A stretch of 63,915 bases of DNA, filler included, from Stramenopiles sp. TOSAG23-6 (taxonomy: Eukaryota): assembly GCA_900128565.1 (NCBI GenBank). It is 4 parts of 4 records of this genome, joined end to end, with 100 filler letters (N's around TTAATTAATTAA, not from the genome) between each part and the next. Parts side by side here need not be neighbours in the genome. Positions count along the whole stretch, not along the records: positions 48,847 to 63,915 come from LT636127.1; 3 more parts are not named here. The stretch is one strand, 5' to 3'. The notes below the pieces were generated by a model that saw only the letters and a program-made list of their open reading frames with translations, was not told where the DNA came from and did no database searches. Below, piece after piece: positions 49,044 through 59,348 of this stretch. Both the position numbers and the translations under genes were made by a program. Each line of letters begins with the position of its first letter. The stretch's first letter is position 1.

Positions 49044-49824
49044 TATTAATGTTTTTAGTCGTAGTGGAGCTGGTACTAATGCACGATCTAGTGAAGATAA
49101 TTTAGGCAGGGTAGGTAATATTGGTGCCGGATTTGAACCATTAAATGGTATTGATGGTGCTATTGGTATGAGTTCATTAGATCGAGACACACCTCATGAT
49201 ATTGGTGATAAGCCTAATCTTAATGTGCGCGATGAAAAGGAAACGACTAGGAAAGTAAATAATATTGTGATGCCAGCATTGAATGGTGTAAATGGTGCTC
49301 CTGGTAGTTCCGAGGTTGGCGGTAGTACTGGTTTTGGATTCCATGAAGCAAAAATGGAACCGCAACATTTCTCTATTCGTCATTCGGAACATGTCTTTGA
49401 CGTTGGTGGTACACCTGCAGATGGAGATCTTTTTCGATTTAGGGGAAGTGGTACTGGTAATGTTGAATTTCCTGCTCAATTTAGATTAAGGGGAAAGTAC
49501 AAAGGTATAGAGCACACAAAAATGAAAAAAAATCTTATTACTGATGATGATCATGTAAAGCATTTTGAAGATGAGCTTACTTTAAATACTCTTGATGAAC
49601 TGCCGGAATATTACGGTGGCATAAACACTGAGAGAAATGAAGATAAACAAAGTTTAATAGATGAAGATGTTATCGATTTTGAAAATAATGACAATAGAGA
49701 CAATGAAGAATTATATAATAGAAATGATCTCTTTGATGATCAGCATTTTTTAGATAGATCAACAAATAATATTCAAGATGATAGTAAGTATACTGATGGA
49801 GATGATTTTGAACTTTTTAAATAA
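48847..49824 (+). CDS. Hypothetical protein, 3' part, with GGSDSQPSADG repeats and acidic tail; 5'-truncated
   Basis: The frame of ORF 49168 is open back to the contig start. Confidence 0.7.
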   Translation, partial: GGSDSQPSADGGGSDSQPSADGGGSDSQPSADGGGSDSQPSDGGGSDSQPSGDGGGSDSQPSADGGINVFSRSGAGTNARSSEDNLGRVGNIGAGFEPLNGIDGAIGMSSLDRDTPHDIGDKPNLNVRDEKETTRKVNNIVMPALNGVNGAPGSSEVGGSTGFGFHEAKMEPQHFSIRHSEHVFDVGGTPADGDLFRFRGSGTGNVEFPAQFRLRGKYKGIEHTKMKKNLITDDDHVKHFEDELTLNTLDELPEYYGGINTERNEDKQSLIDEDVIDFENNDNRDNEELYNRNDLFDDQHFLDRSTNNIQDDSKYTDGDDFELFK

Positions 49825-50083
49825 GTTTTTTTCGTACGAAATTTTGTAAATAAACAAAAAAGATAATGAACTTTCGAAGAGGAAAGTCTTTTGGTGCAGC
49901 AAAGTGAGAACAATATAAAATAGTAGAGCAATAATAAAGTATTTGATTATTTGTGTTAAAACTTAAAGTACAAGATGTTTTTTTTGAAGTGTAATAACTT
50001 GAACTCAATCGAAATAATCTCGGAGTCTGCATTTTTTTAGTTTTTGTTTGTATAATGAATTTTAATTTTGAACAAAATTTTGA

Positions 50084-50093
50084 ACAAACCTGC
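50084..50093 (+). promoter_or_regulatory. Candidate promoter motif ACAAACCTGC
   Basis: About 175 nt upstream of ATG 50268, on the same strand. Confidence 0.5.
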
Positions 50094-50267
50094 TTTGATT
50101 GGGAATTTTCTTTCCAGTGCGAGTGCGCATCGATCTCAGATCTTGACTGTCGCGACGTCGATCTTTTCTTCTTAATCACTACAACTACTGATCCAAATCA
50201 AATCTAAATTTGCAACACGGACAGCATACGAATGTAAAGTATTATAGATCTAATATAGTAACGTCAG

Positions 50268-52307
50268 ATGTTATTTGAGACATTGCTCATTACCCTATTC
50301 TTCTTGAATACTAATTATGCAGCAGCAACTTCTCCAGGACTTTCACGACAACAGGAAATTTATCCTTTTCAAGCATTTGTAAGACACCCTCCCAAAGATA
50401 CGCTAGAAGGCTTGGAATATAATCAATTTATACGTAAAGTAATGCCACCACGGCCGCCAAAGATAAACTGTGCTCCATGGGAATGCTGTGGTGAAATAAC
50501 AAAATGTTCGCGAGATAGTGATGGAAGTTGCTGTCCGAGTGCCCAGAAGTCAAACGTGTCACCGAAACCAACAAAACCAGAAGAAGTAGTACAACCCAAT
50601 TCAAACGAGCCACAGTTGTCAAAAACATCAGAGAATATAGCGTGTTGTGTGTACACGGGTAATATTACTAATATTAAAGAAGATATAATACAGAACCAAC
50701 TTAGAGCTAATAATAAATTCGTCTTTGATGATAAACCTAGTGATTTGTGTAAAGTAGTTGATACAAGTGTTAGTTTGTGTGATGCAACACCTGGGTGGAC
50801 AAAGGTTGCGGATGAAATTTCGATTGTAGATGACTATGTTCTCAATATCATCAAACATATAGAAGTGGATCATTGTGCGGGGCTCGATAAAGACGCATGC
50901 GATGAAAGGTCTCAAGACAAGCATTTGCCATGTTTGTGGATTCCTAGCCATCTAAATACAGTGGATAAACCAATGTGTGTCGTGAAACATGCTTACGAAC
51001 AATCTTTAAGCCAATCTTCAAAACAAAAGTGTTGTAATTTTTATCCATTTCAACAAGGACCCTTTAAGTGTGGTAATCCTCAGTGCATTCCCCAAGATGC
51101 TGATTCTGAAGATAAACATGATTTAATTCCCGAAGATGCTGATTCTGAAGATACACATGATTTAATTCCCGAAGATGCTGATTCTGAAGATACACACGAT
51201 TTAATACGACGTGGCTTAGTTAGACGCGATTTAATAGAATATGATCAGCAAGATCGAGATTTAATACGAAATCATTTAAATCAAAATATGACGCCTTATA
51301 GGCAATATGTATCAAATCCAAGTGAATTAGAAATGACTTGTGATACATTGCACAGTGTAATCACTTCAAAGCTACAAGATACAATAAATATGCTGAAAAG
51401 CCAACAAAACATTCCAATGTTACATAAACTCAATTACAACATTGAAATAGTAGATGGAAAAATGAGCACAACACAGATATACACTCAACTTAGAAAGCTT
51501 GTAAAAAGTATGATTGAATTAGTGTATAGCCCTGGTGAGGTATTCAAGAGTAAGCAAAATATTTCAAAATCAAGTTCAATGATAAGTGATATAACTAAAG
51601 CAAGTTGCATCAGTGAAATTTCCCCTCATTGTTTAGACATGCAATTAGCAATGAGACAACAGATGAAGAACACTTTGATATCACTGAAATCTATGAAAGG
51701 AATGCATAGTATACCAATTTCAGTACATGGGGATAATTTCAATGCCGAACTAAAAAACTTTTTCAAAATATTAAATAAGGCAAATATTACAATGCTTGAT
51801 ATGCAAACATTTTCTAAAAATGTATTTTTTCTCACAGAAGAACTAAAACAAATCGATCAAATATATAGAGAAAAATGTAAAGCCGAATTTCAATCACAAG
51901 TTAACCTTACCAATAATGATGAAGATGGGAATTTGGAAAAGGAATTGCCATGTAAACATGAAACTGCCAATGAATCACCTTGTAGTAAAGTATGTGATGA
52001 TCAGTTAAATATACCACAACCATGTGTTCCTCCTTGTGCGTGTCCAGAAAAAGTACAAAATATTAATATTTCGATGAATATAATCATGGGAGACTCTGAT
52101 GGGCAGAAAATCAAACAAACTTCAAACATAAAACCTACTGGGTGTGGTGGGGATGTTGGTATTTCTCCTACTTTGTTGAAAAAGCTACCATGTATATTAT
52201 CCAAATGGATGGGAATGTTATCCTCTGATAAAGATATTTTCCAACCTCTACTTTTAGATAATACTAAATCTATACATAATTCGCTAAGAAGAAATGTTGA
52301 TGGATAA
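50268..52307 (+). CDS. Secreted Cys-rich hypothetical protein with 13-aa repeats (IPEDADSEDTHDL x3)
   Basis: Signal peptide; CC pairs; 39-nt repeats at about 51087-51205. Confidence 0.75.
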   Translation: MLFETLLITLFFLNTNYAAATSPGLSRQQEIYPFQAFVRHPPKDTLEGLEYNQFIRKVMPPRPPKINCAPWECCGEITKCSRDSDGSCCPSAQKSNVSPKPTKPEEVVQPNSNEPQLSKTSENIACCVYTGNITNIKEDIIQNQLRANNKFVFDDKPSDLCKVVDTSVSLCDATPGWTKVADEISIVDDYVLNIIKHIEVDHCAGLDKDACDERSQDKHLPCLWIPSHLNTVDKPMCVVKHAYEQSLSQSSKQKCCNFYPFQQGPFKCGNPQCIPQDADSEDKHDLIPEDADSEDTHDLIPEDADSEDTHDLIRRGLVRRDLIEYDQQDRDLIRNHLNQNMTPYRQYVSNPSELEMTCDTLHSVITSKLQDTINMLKSQQNIPMLHKLNYNIEIVDGKMSTTQIYTQLRKLVKSMIELVYSPGEVFKSKQNISKSSSMISDITKASCISEISPHCLDMQLAMRQQMKNTLISLKSMKGMHSIPISVHGDNFNAELKNFFKILNKANITMLDMQTFSKNVFFLTEELKQIDQIYREKCKAEFQSQVNLTNNDEDGNLEKELPCKHETANESPCSKVCDDQLNIPQPCVPPCACPEKVQNINISMNIIMGDSDGQKIKQTSNIKPTGCGGDVGISPTLLKKLPCILSKWMGMLSSDKDIFQPLLLDNTKSIHNSLRRNVDG

Positions 52308-52410
52308 CCTTGATTATTATTAGTGTTCACATTTCAATTGTTGTCAAAAATATAAATAAAGAAGACAATTATATAAAAGAAATAATATAAAATTTATTAT
52401 ATAAATATCA

Positions 52411-55400
52411 CTATATAGACACGTCTAGACAACTTTCCAATTGTTCAATAGGGTTTGAATGGTGTATATTTGTTGTGTCAATGTTCGAAAGTTCAATACC
52501 GCTTGAAAATTTAACATCGTTATTATTCTTCTTGAGATTTACAACCATCTCTTCATCTGCAGCTATTGAGCTGACACGACGCAAATGTTTTCTTTCTTTT
52601 TTACTACACTTGCCATTTGTGAATAAACCAATAGAAATCACAACTACAGATACCAATAAAAGCACAGTCGCTGTCACATACCAATTAGTCTTACTCACCA
52701 ATCGTTTCAAAAATGTGCCAGACAGGGAATCACCACGTTTGTTTGGCTCATAATATGCATATACAATATTCGATGCAGGTTGATGATCGACAACTTCGAA
52801 ATCTTGTACCACATTGAATTTGAAACTAACCCCAGTAGATAGCAAATTTGAGAGATAAAAGGATACACTTCTCTCCTCCATGGATATATCGATGCGCATT
52901 ACTGGATTTGATGAATCCTTCTTTACAGCATCCAAACTCGATTGAACGGGAGAAAAACCAGTAAACAACCCGCATGTAACCATTGCCATTTGATCACATG
53001 GGTCTGAAGTGGACGAATCATCTGGAGGTATCAAACACTTTGCTGTAACAATAATTTCATGATCCTCATACCAGTGACAATCAATTTCGTATTGTTTCAA
53101 AATAATGGGTTCTTTTACACTATAATTGACTATTACCTGAGATAGGCCAAAACCATAGCCCGTTACTTCAATCATAATTTCTTTTTCTACTGCAACTGCT
53201 GGAAGATGTTTTTGCTGTATAATATCAAAATTTTTGTTATCTAAATTAAAGTCTAATTGTTTCTCAAGACCTGCCATTTCAGAGTAATGTATAGAAACTG
53301 TCATTGATACCTCGTCTTTAAGACTCTTCGCGTATTCACTCAGGGATTGTAGAGCAACGACAGTGTCTTGAGTTGTTGAAAATCCACCCAAATCGCTGCG
53401 ATGTGAAAGCAGCCATTTGGCAATACCTGGAGCCTTTATTTTCATAGAATTATTTTTACTACGTAAAAGAATGAGGAGCATGTACCCGGTTATCTCAATT
53501 GTTGAACTCGATGGTGTACACTCAAAAAAACCTTTGCATTTTTCTTTTAAACTCACTACAACTGCTTTCTTCCAATGAGTACAGGAATCATCACCACATC
53601 TATCCATTGCATCATTCAATAAATATTCTGCACTTATATTATCACCTGACAAAGATAATGCGTATGCAATCAAAGCAAGGTTATATAAATCGTGATGGGT
53701 GTGCAGCTTGCTTTTTAGGAAACCCAGAGCCATTTTGATAGATTTTACAATGGCTTCATCTTGAAATAACTCTGGATGTTTTTTATGTGTATTTTCCGTG
53801 GCTTCCAAGAGAGAAACCAAAACAAATGCAGTGAGTGCAATATCATTCCCTTTCTTTCCCTCTCCACCCATCATTGATGTATGTATGATTTTTCCAACTT
53901 CTTTGAAACTACCATCTTCGTTCTGCTGTTTAGTGAGCCACAACGAAGACAACTTCATCAAATTATCATCAATGTAAGCAAATTTACTACTATGGGAATA
54001 CGTTTTGATTACCATTGCAGTCAACCATGTTGATCCTGCTCCATCTGAATCTCCAAATGCTGAATATGAGTTTGTATACGGCAACTTGGTATGCATAAAA
54101 GTTTGCTCCCTTTGATAGCCTGTACTGATAAAAAGTTCTGCTTTAGATCGCCATTCAGTATCAAGTTTACCAATAGCTTCGAGATAGCTCGAGGCAAATG
54201 CAGTAGGCGCCATACTAATTAAATTTTGCTCACCGCATCCAAATGGCATCTTTATAAGTGTTTCTAAATTATCTAAAGTTTGCGTCATCGCATCTCCACT
54301 GACAGTCACATATGACCGTATCGAGTCGGCAACTAATGTAGCTGGTTCTATGTATGACTTCCACGCAAATCTTTCCTTACACGGAGTTTTGGCTGTACAG
54401 TTGTCTCTTGTAAAGTCGGCAACGACATTATAAGTCATATCTTTCGGAATTCCTTCTGGGTGAACACGCAATGTTTTCTTGACCGAATCAGTCAGGGGAG
54501 ACGACATTGTGCTAGGTTTGCTTGTTTCCCCAGATATTTGAATGTCGATAGTACCAACAACAGATGGCTTGATTGAAAAAAATACACGTCCCACAGTATT
54601 TGCTGGAATATTTATTTTTGACACATTTTTCTTATCTAAAGGAAACAACTCAAATTGATGAGAGTTGATGAGAGTTATTGTAACTTCAAGATCACTTGGT
54701 GTGTAGTTATGAGCCATTACAATTATTGGCAAAACTTCGCCTCTAGTAGCTGCATATGGAAGTTGTGGGTCAACAAAGAAACTTTTCAACGAGACAAGCT
54801 TTGTGCTAAGAGATACATTCTTTGCTTTTTCTGTTGTGCCGTTACCACCGACAACAAGACCTATATTTGGACTTACTGAAAAACTTGATAACGCCCATGT
54901 TGTGATTGAGTCAGGACAAGTTTCTAATAATTCTGATTTCCCACTTTTAGAAGCCAAGTTTACATCAACTTCTATACTATCCCAAATCCATGCTTCAGGA
55001 AAAAATATTCTTGGGTGAGAATCACTGTCATTTCCTTTGGTATTCTTTGGTGGGGAGTTTTCCGCAAGCCCTAGAGGAGCACTTCTTGCTACTTCGGCCA
55101 TCGCGAAGAATCTTTTATCCATGAGATGTTGACTTTCATCACCACATTTAGCTGCATCAACATTACCATGTAAAGATAATACTAAACCTGCTTCTGAAAA
55201 TACAGAAATTGCGCCTTCTCTCATACAATCTTTTGGTACTGCTAATTCACGACCTGAAGAATTTATTTCATGAACAGCTTGAAGGATACTGCTATTACTA
55301 AGCGCACTGTTACCACCAATTAAATGAACAGCTTCATCAACCGCAAGAAGATAAACTTTTGACGGCTGGTTTTTAAGGATTGGCACATCTGTAAGACTTA

Positions 55401-57402
55401 CGGGGATTTTAATAGAATCTCCTGGCTTTGCTAAACTTTGATTGAATCCAGCTTTTAGTGAATATTGATACGTCATCTCTGTATTTAAGTCACTTATTTC
55501 TAATTGCTTCTCGTCAGGTTTTAATATACTCATTACATCAGAGTGACTGATAGCGATTGACTTTGACACAAGTTCAAGGTTTTCTTTTACTTTACGGAGT
55601 TTACGGAGAGCATAGACAATCAAATGAGCTCCAGATGCCATATTTACCCATTCGACTGCATCTGCTTGAATAGTAAGTTTTTGTGATCCTTCTGTAATAA
55701 CACCACTCAGTATAATATCACCACGCGATATTATAACCCAACGAGCTTGTCCAGGATTGAGATTACCCCAAGCTGCTTTAACTGAATATTCAAGAGCCAA
55801 TTTTGGTGTTTTTGTTGAAGGTGATAAACAAACACACGAAAGAATACTATCTTTGTGGATAGTGTTAGCTCTATATAGTGTTAACCTTTTCCTTTCATTC
55901 CAATCTTTGCTACCTTTTGGCTGTACCCCAATGATTATTGAATCAACAACACCACACTCTTTTTCTGGTGTTAATTGAAATTTTAGAGCAGCTGTATATT
56001 TTAATTCCGAAGTTAGAGTAATTGGACAATCACCCTTGACACATAATTTATTTGGATCATATGGACAGTTGCCACTGCCACTGCCACATGGATTTACTGG
56101 ATATCTTGTATATGAATTTTTGCATTGATATTCAATGTGATATACTAATTGTACATCTTCATCGTCTGTAGGACCTTTGACCTTGACCGTGACGTCAACA
56201 GTGTTGTCGAAAAATATATTTGATCCGCCAGAATCAAGACTAATTTCATGTTCTGAACTATTGGTTTGTCTACGAGCAACTTTGATAGTTTTAGTATTTG
56301 TCCTCGTCTCATTCGATAGGCTATCAACAACTTTTGCTGTAACTACTATTGAACTTTCACCCCAGAATGTATTATTTATACATTTCTTTGAGCTAGTATT
56401 CCCTTGTGTAGGCTCGCATATAGATACTGGCACAGCGAAGAAATAATTTCCACCTGCTCCAATTTTGCCATTTACACTGAATAATACGCTATTATTTGTT
56501 GAAGAATTTTCTCGGAGATATGAACTTTGTGTGAAAGTCTGTTTCGCCGAAATAGTTACGATTGCTCCCACAACAGGCTTTCCAAATGTATACGTTGCAT
56601 TAATTGAACCAGATATTTCCTTAATATCTGCAGTTATCTCAGAACTACCGCTTTGACTTAACTGTTTAGAAAAATCAATTTTTACACCAAAACGCGGTAA
56701 AACGTACTCTTTTACTGTGAAGGAAACACTCTGTGAAGCAGCACCGTCTGTTTCAGCATTGATTTTGTAGTCACCCAATACAGTTTCATCAGCAAGCTTA
56801 AGGGATTGAGTAACTACACCATAGCTGCCTCCACTTTTGGGTGCATCTGGCGTTAAATTTCGCCACCTTGCGATTTTAGAATGACTAGGGTCGACAACGC
56901 TAATAGTGATTAAGTTATTTCTAGGCCGAAGTTCAGGATCTACGCTAATGACCCTAAAACGAACGGTTTCTCCTGGTTTATAGACAGATTTATCAGTTTC
57001 AATGAATAATCTATTACCTACATTCTTGACTGAAACAGTTGTTTGTTCCTTTTTCTTTGCCTCGCCAGAACCTGATAAATCAACAATAATGCTATAGTCA
57101 CCCGCTGCAACAACAGCTTTCAGAGTTAATTCAAACTTTACTTCATATTTTCCCTTTGCGATTGATACTGTATCCACTTTTTCCAATATAGTATCACCTC
57201 TACTAAGTTGTGCCGTAAAATTCAACTGCTCATCCGCTACCTCTGCTAACGCAATAACAACGTGGTGAGTATTTCCAGTAAAAAAAACTCTTGGAGCAAT
57301 GACGACAAAATCAGTTTCTGCTACGATAACACGGAGCTTGGAAATAGAGAGAACGAAAAACAAAATAAAGGCAACAAGAGATTTATGCATTGTCGAATAC
57401 AT
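52411..57402 (-). CDS. Alpha-2-macroglobulin/CD109-like thioester-containing protein with C-terminal TM helix
   Basis: Signal peptide; FIETDKSVYKPGETVRFR, FTVKEYVLPRF, LLAVDEAV, FFPEAWIW, PDSITTW, thioester PFGCGEQN (54226-54240), GSTWLTA, GKIIH..MMGG, GGFSTTQDTVVALQ, YAYYEP, then a TM helix. Start is at 57402 or 57390. Confidence 0.92.
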   Translation of the reverse strand: MYSTMHKSLVAFILFFVLSISKLRVIVAETDFVVIAPRVFFTGNTHHVVIALAEVADEQLNFTAQLSRGDTILEKVDTVSIAKGKYEVKFELTLKAVVAAGDYSIIVDLSGSGEAKKKEQTTVSVKNVGNRLFIETDKSVYKPGETVRFRVISVDPELRPRNNLITISVVDPSHSKIARWRNLTPDAPKSGGSYGVVTQSLKLADETVLGDYKINAETDGAASQSVSFTVKEYVLPRFGVKIDFSKQLSQSGSSEITADIKEISGSINATYTFGKPVVGAIVTISAKQTFTQSSYLRENSSTNNSVLFSVNGKIGAGGNYFFAVPVSICEPTQGNTSSKKCINNTFWGESSIVVTAKVVDSLSNETRTNTKTIKVARRQTNSSEHEISLDSGGSNIFFDNTVDVTVKVKGPTDDEDVQLVYHIEYQCKNSYTRYPVNPCGSGSGNCPYDPNKLCVKGDCPITLTSELKYTAALKFQLTPEKECGVVDSIIIGVQPKGSKDWNERKRLTLYRANTIHKDSILSCVCLSPSTKTPKLALEYSVKAAWGNLNPGQARWVIISRGDIILSGVITEGSQKLTIQADAVEWVNMASGAHLIVYALRKLRKVKENLELVSKSIAISHSDVMSILKPDEKQLEISDLNTEMTYQYSLKAGFNQSLAKPGDSIKIPVSLTDVPILKNQPSKVYLLAVDEAVHLIGGNSALSNSSILQAVHEINSSGRELAVPKDCMREGAISVFSEAGLVLSLHGNVDAAKCGDESQHLMDKRFFAMAEVARSAPLGLAENSPPKNTKGNDSDSHPRIFFPEAWIWDSIEVDVNLASKSGKSELLETCPDSITTWALSSFSVSPNIGLVVGGNGTTEKAKNVSLSTKLVSLKSFFVDPQLPYAATRGEVLPIIVMAHNYTPSDLEVTITLINSHQFELFPLDKKNVSKINIPANTVGRVFFSIKPSVVGTIDIQISGETSKPSTMSSPLTDSVKKTLRVHPEGIPKDMTYNVVADFTRDNCTAKTPCKERFAWKSYIEPATLVADSIRSYVTVSGDAMTQTLDNLETLIKMPFGCGEQNLISMAPTAFASSYLEAIGKLDTEWRSKAELFISTGYQREQTFMHTKLPYTNSYSAFGDSDGAGSTWLTAMVIKTYSHSSKFAYIDDNLMKLSSLWLTKQQNEDGSFKEVGKIIHTSMMGGEGKKGNDIALTAFVLVSLLEATENTHKKHPELFQDEAIVKSIKMALGFLKSKLHTHHDLYNLALIAYALSLSGDNISAEYLLNDAMDRCGDDSCTHWKKAVVVSLKEKCKGFFECTPSSSTIEITGYMLLILLRSKNNSMKIKAPGIAKWLLSHRSDLGGFSTTQDTVVALQSLSEYAKSLKDEVSMTVSIHYSEMAGLEKQLDFNLDNKNFDIIQQKHLPAVAVEKEIMIEVTGYGFGLSQVIVNYSVKEPIILKQYEIDCHWYEDHEIIVTAKCLIPPDDSSTSDPCDQMAMVTCGLFTGFSPVQSSLDAVKKDSSNPVMRIDISMEERSVSFYLSNLLSTGVSFKFNVVQDFEVVDHQPASNIVYAYYEPNKRGDSLSGTFLKRLVSKTNWYVTATVLLLVSVVVISIGLFTNGKCSKKERKHLRRVSSIAADEEMVVNLKKNNNDVKFSSGIELSNIDTTNIHHSNPIEQLESCLDVSI

Positions 57403-57739
57403 CAATTCAAGTATAGATTTGAGATTCAATTCCAATGTACCTATATCTTAGCAAAAAGGAATGCAAGTGCAAACAAAGCAGTTGAATTTTTTTGGTCTCT
57501 CTCTCAGCTCGAGCTCGCACTCGCTCCTAATTTCAAAATATTTCGATTTTCTTTATGAAAAATAACAAAAATAACGGCTTGGCCTTGTTTTAACCGAAAG
57601 AATTTTCTTGTACTGTACTTGTATGCTACAATACGTACTAGCCAAGTAAGTTAAAACTACCCTTTTGGAGTGTATCTTTTTTTGTCATTAAAAGTTTCAT
57701 TCGTTATCCTTTTAATAGCTCAAAACTTCTGATTTTAAA

Positions 57740-59251
57740 ATGACTTTAAAGCGCTGGCGATCTCAAAGAAAAACTAGATACAACAAGTCCAATTATATCG
57801 GCAGTCCCAAAAGAAGGAGGGGAAATGATTCTCGTGGTTATCAAATTAAAGATACAAAGACAAACTCTAGTCTACACAATATGGATATTGATAGACGATA
57901 CAAAAAGGATACGAGTAGAAATAATCACACCGTACCTAAATTTAGGCTAAAAAAACGTAGTCGAGAAAAGAGAATTCCTGCACATGAATACTCTAGAGCT
58001 GCAAGAAATGTGTCAAATGACAGGTCAGTACGACGTAGGTCAACTCAAAGTCGTCGTGACTTTCAAAGGCATAAACGTTTTAGTTCTGGACATAACATTC
58101 CTCATCCTCCAGATTTAGTAGATGAAAAATCGATACCATTTCCTTCCGTAGTTCACTTGAAGGCTTCAAAGTCTGCTAGACGAAAAGTATGTTTTATTTT
58201 TTTTTCAAATTCGATTTTTTTTTCGTACGAAATTTTGTACCTAACGATTTTTTTAGAATTTTTTTTGAAATATTTTTTCACGATACAGGCGTTTGTTGAA
58301 GATTCAGAAGTAAATCGTCCCTCACTTGTAGCTGATAGATCACAGAGACATTCTTTACGTCAGGTCATGGAACAAGTTAGACACTCAATAACTCAATCTA
58401 CACCACCACCTAACAAAATTAATCGAATCATAAACTTAAAACACATTAATAATCAAGAAAATAATCAATTGTATTCACCAAGATTGAGTGAAAATAGTAA
58501 TCGACTACGAATTCAAAAGGTTAATGTTCAACTTCAAAATCTCGCACCTTCGCCAAAATTAAGTGGAAGTTCTACACATACAAAGAATGGCACACTTGTA
58601 TACACACGTTTTGATCTACTATCTGTTTTCGTTGATTACAGTAATATATTTATACCAATCAAGACAAAATATCCTAGGTGTAAATTGAATGTACAAAGAT
58701 TAGCTCGGATAGTAATGGGAAATCGACAAGCACGAACAGAAGATTCCCTTATGGTTGGTGCATCTGTTGTATCACATCCTTCATCTGCATCTCCACGGAC
58801 TCAGAGATGGATTCGAGAATGGCAAAGATGTCATTATAAAGTTCATGTTCAAAATCGATCTCGTGGGACGGGGGAAAGTTTTGTAGATGATATGATTCAT
58901 GCTCAAATGTATGTTTTATTTTTTTTCAAATTCGATTTTGTTTCGTACGAAATATTATACCTAACGATTTTTTTTGGAAATATTTTTCCAAAATACATAT
59001 ATGTTGAAATGAGAAAACATAGAGAATTGCCCGGTACACTTGCCTTGCTTACAGGTGACGGAAATCAAAATAATGAAAGAAGTAGTTTCCCAGATATTGC
59101 TCAACACGCATTAGAAGATGGTTGGTGTGTTGAGGTGTGGAGTTGGGCAAAATCAACCCACAATGTCTGGTATGCTCTCGAAAGTAAATATCGTAGAATG
59201 AAAGTGTATGCTCTTGATGATTACAAGAAACAAATTTTAACACATTTTTGA
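57740..59251 (+). CDS. NYN-domain (PIN-like RNase) protein with Arg-rich N-terminus; 3 exons
   Basis: Exons 57740-58186, 58289-58908 and 58999-59251. Motifs VFVDYSNI, ESFVDDMIHAQI, PGTLALLTGDGN and ALEDGWCVEVWSW. Confidence 0.82.
   Translation: MTLKRWRSQRKTRYNKSNYIGSPKRRRGNDSRGYQIKDTKTNSSLHNMDIDRRYKKDTSRNNHTVPKFRLKKRSREKRIPAHEYSRAARNVSNDRSVRRRSTQSRRDFQRHKRFSSGHNIPHPPDLVDEKSIPFPSVVHLKASKSARRKVCFIFFSNSIFFSYEILYLTIFLEFFLKYFFTIQAFVEDSEVNRPSLVADRSQRHSLRQVMEQVRHSITQSTPPPNKINRIINLKHINNQENNQLYSPRLSENSNRLRIQKVNVQLQNLAPSPKLSGSSTHTKNGTLVYTRFDLLSVFVDYSNIFIPIKTKYPRCKLNVQRLARIVMGNRQARTEDSLMVGASVVSHPSSASPRTQRWIREWQRCHYKVHVQNRSRGTGESFVDDMIHAQMYVLFFFKFDFVSYEILYLTIFFGNIFPKYIYVEMRKHRELPGTLALLTGDGNQNNERSSFPDIAQHALEDGWCVEVWSWAKSTHNVWYALESKYRRMKVYALDDYKKQILTHF
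58187..58288 (+). mobile_element. Introner-like intron, 102 nt, GT...AG (AA/AG flanks), in frame and stop-free
   Basis: AAA|GTATGT...CGTACGAAATTTTGTACCTAAC...CGATACAG|GCG. Confidence 0.88.
58909..58998 (+). mobile_element. Introner-like intron, 90 nt, GT...AT (AT/AT), in frame and stop-free
   Basis: CAAAT|GTATGT...CGTACGAAATATTATACCTAAC...AAAATACAT|ATAT; interrupts the NYN core. Confidence 0.88.
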
Positions 59252-59348
59252 AATATAAAAATATCATAGAATGAAAGTTTATGATTATTTTTATTATTGC
59301 TGATATAATGAAGGTACACGTCAAAAAAGAAAACAATTGAATACAGAT

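Noticed and set aside
48795-49190. Minus-strand LGCESLPPPSA repeat ORF
   Set aside because: Antisense reading of the minisatellite. The plus frame is continuous with the downstream ORF ending at 49824.
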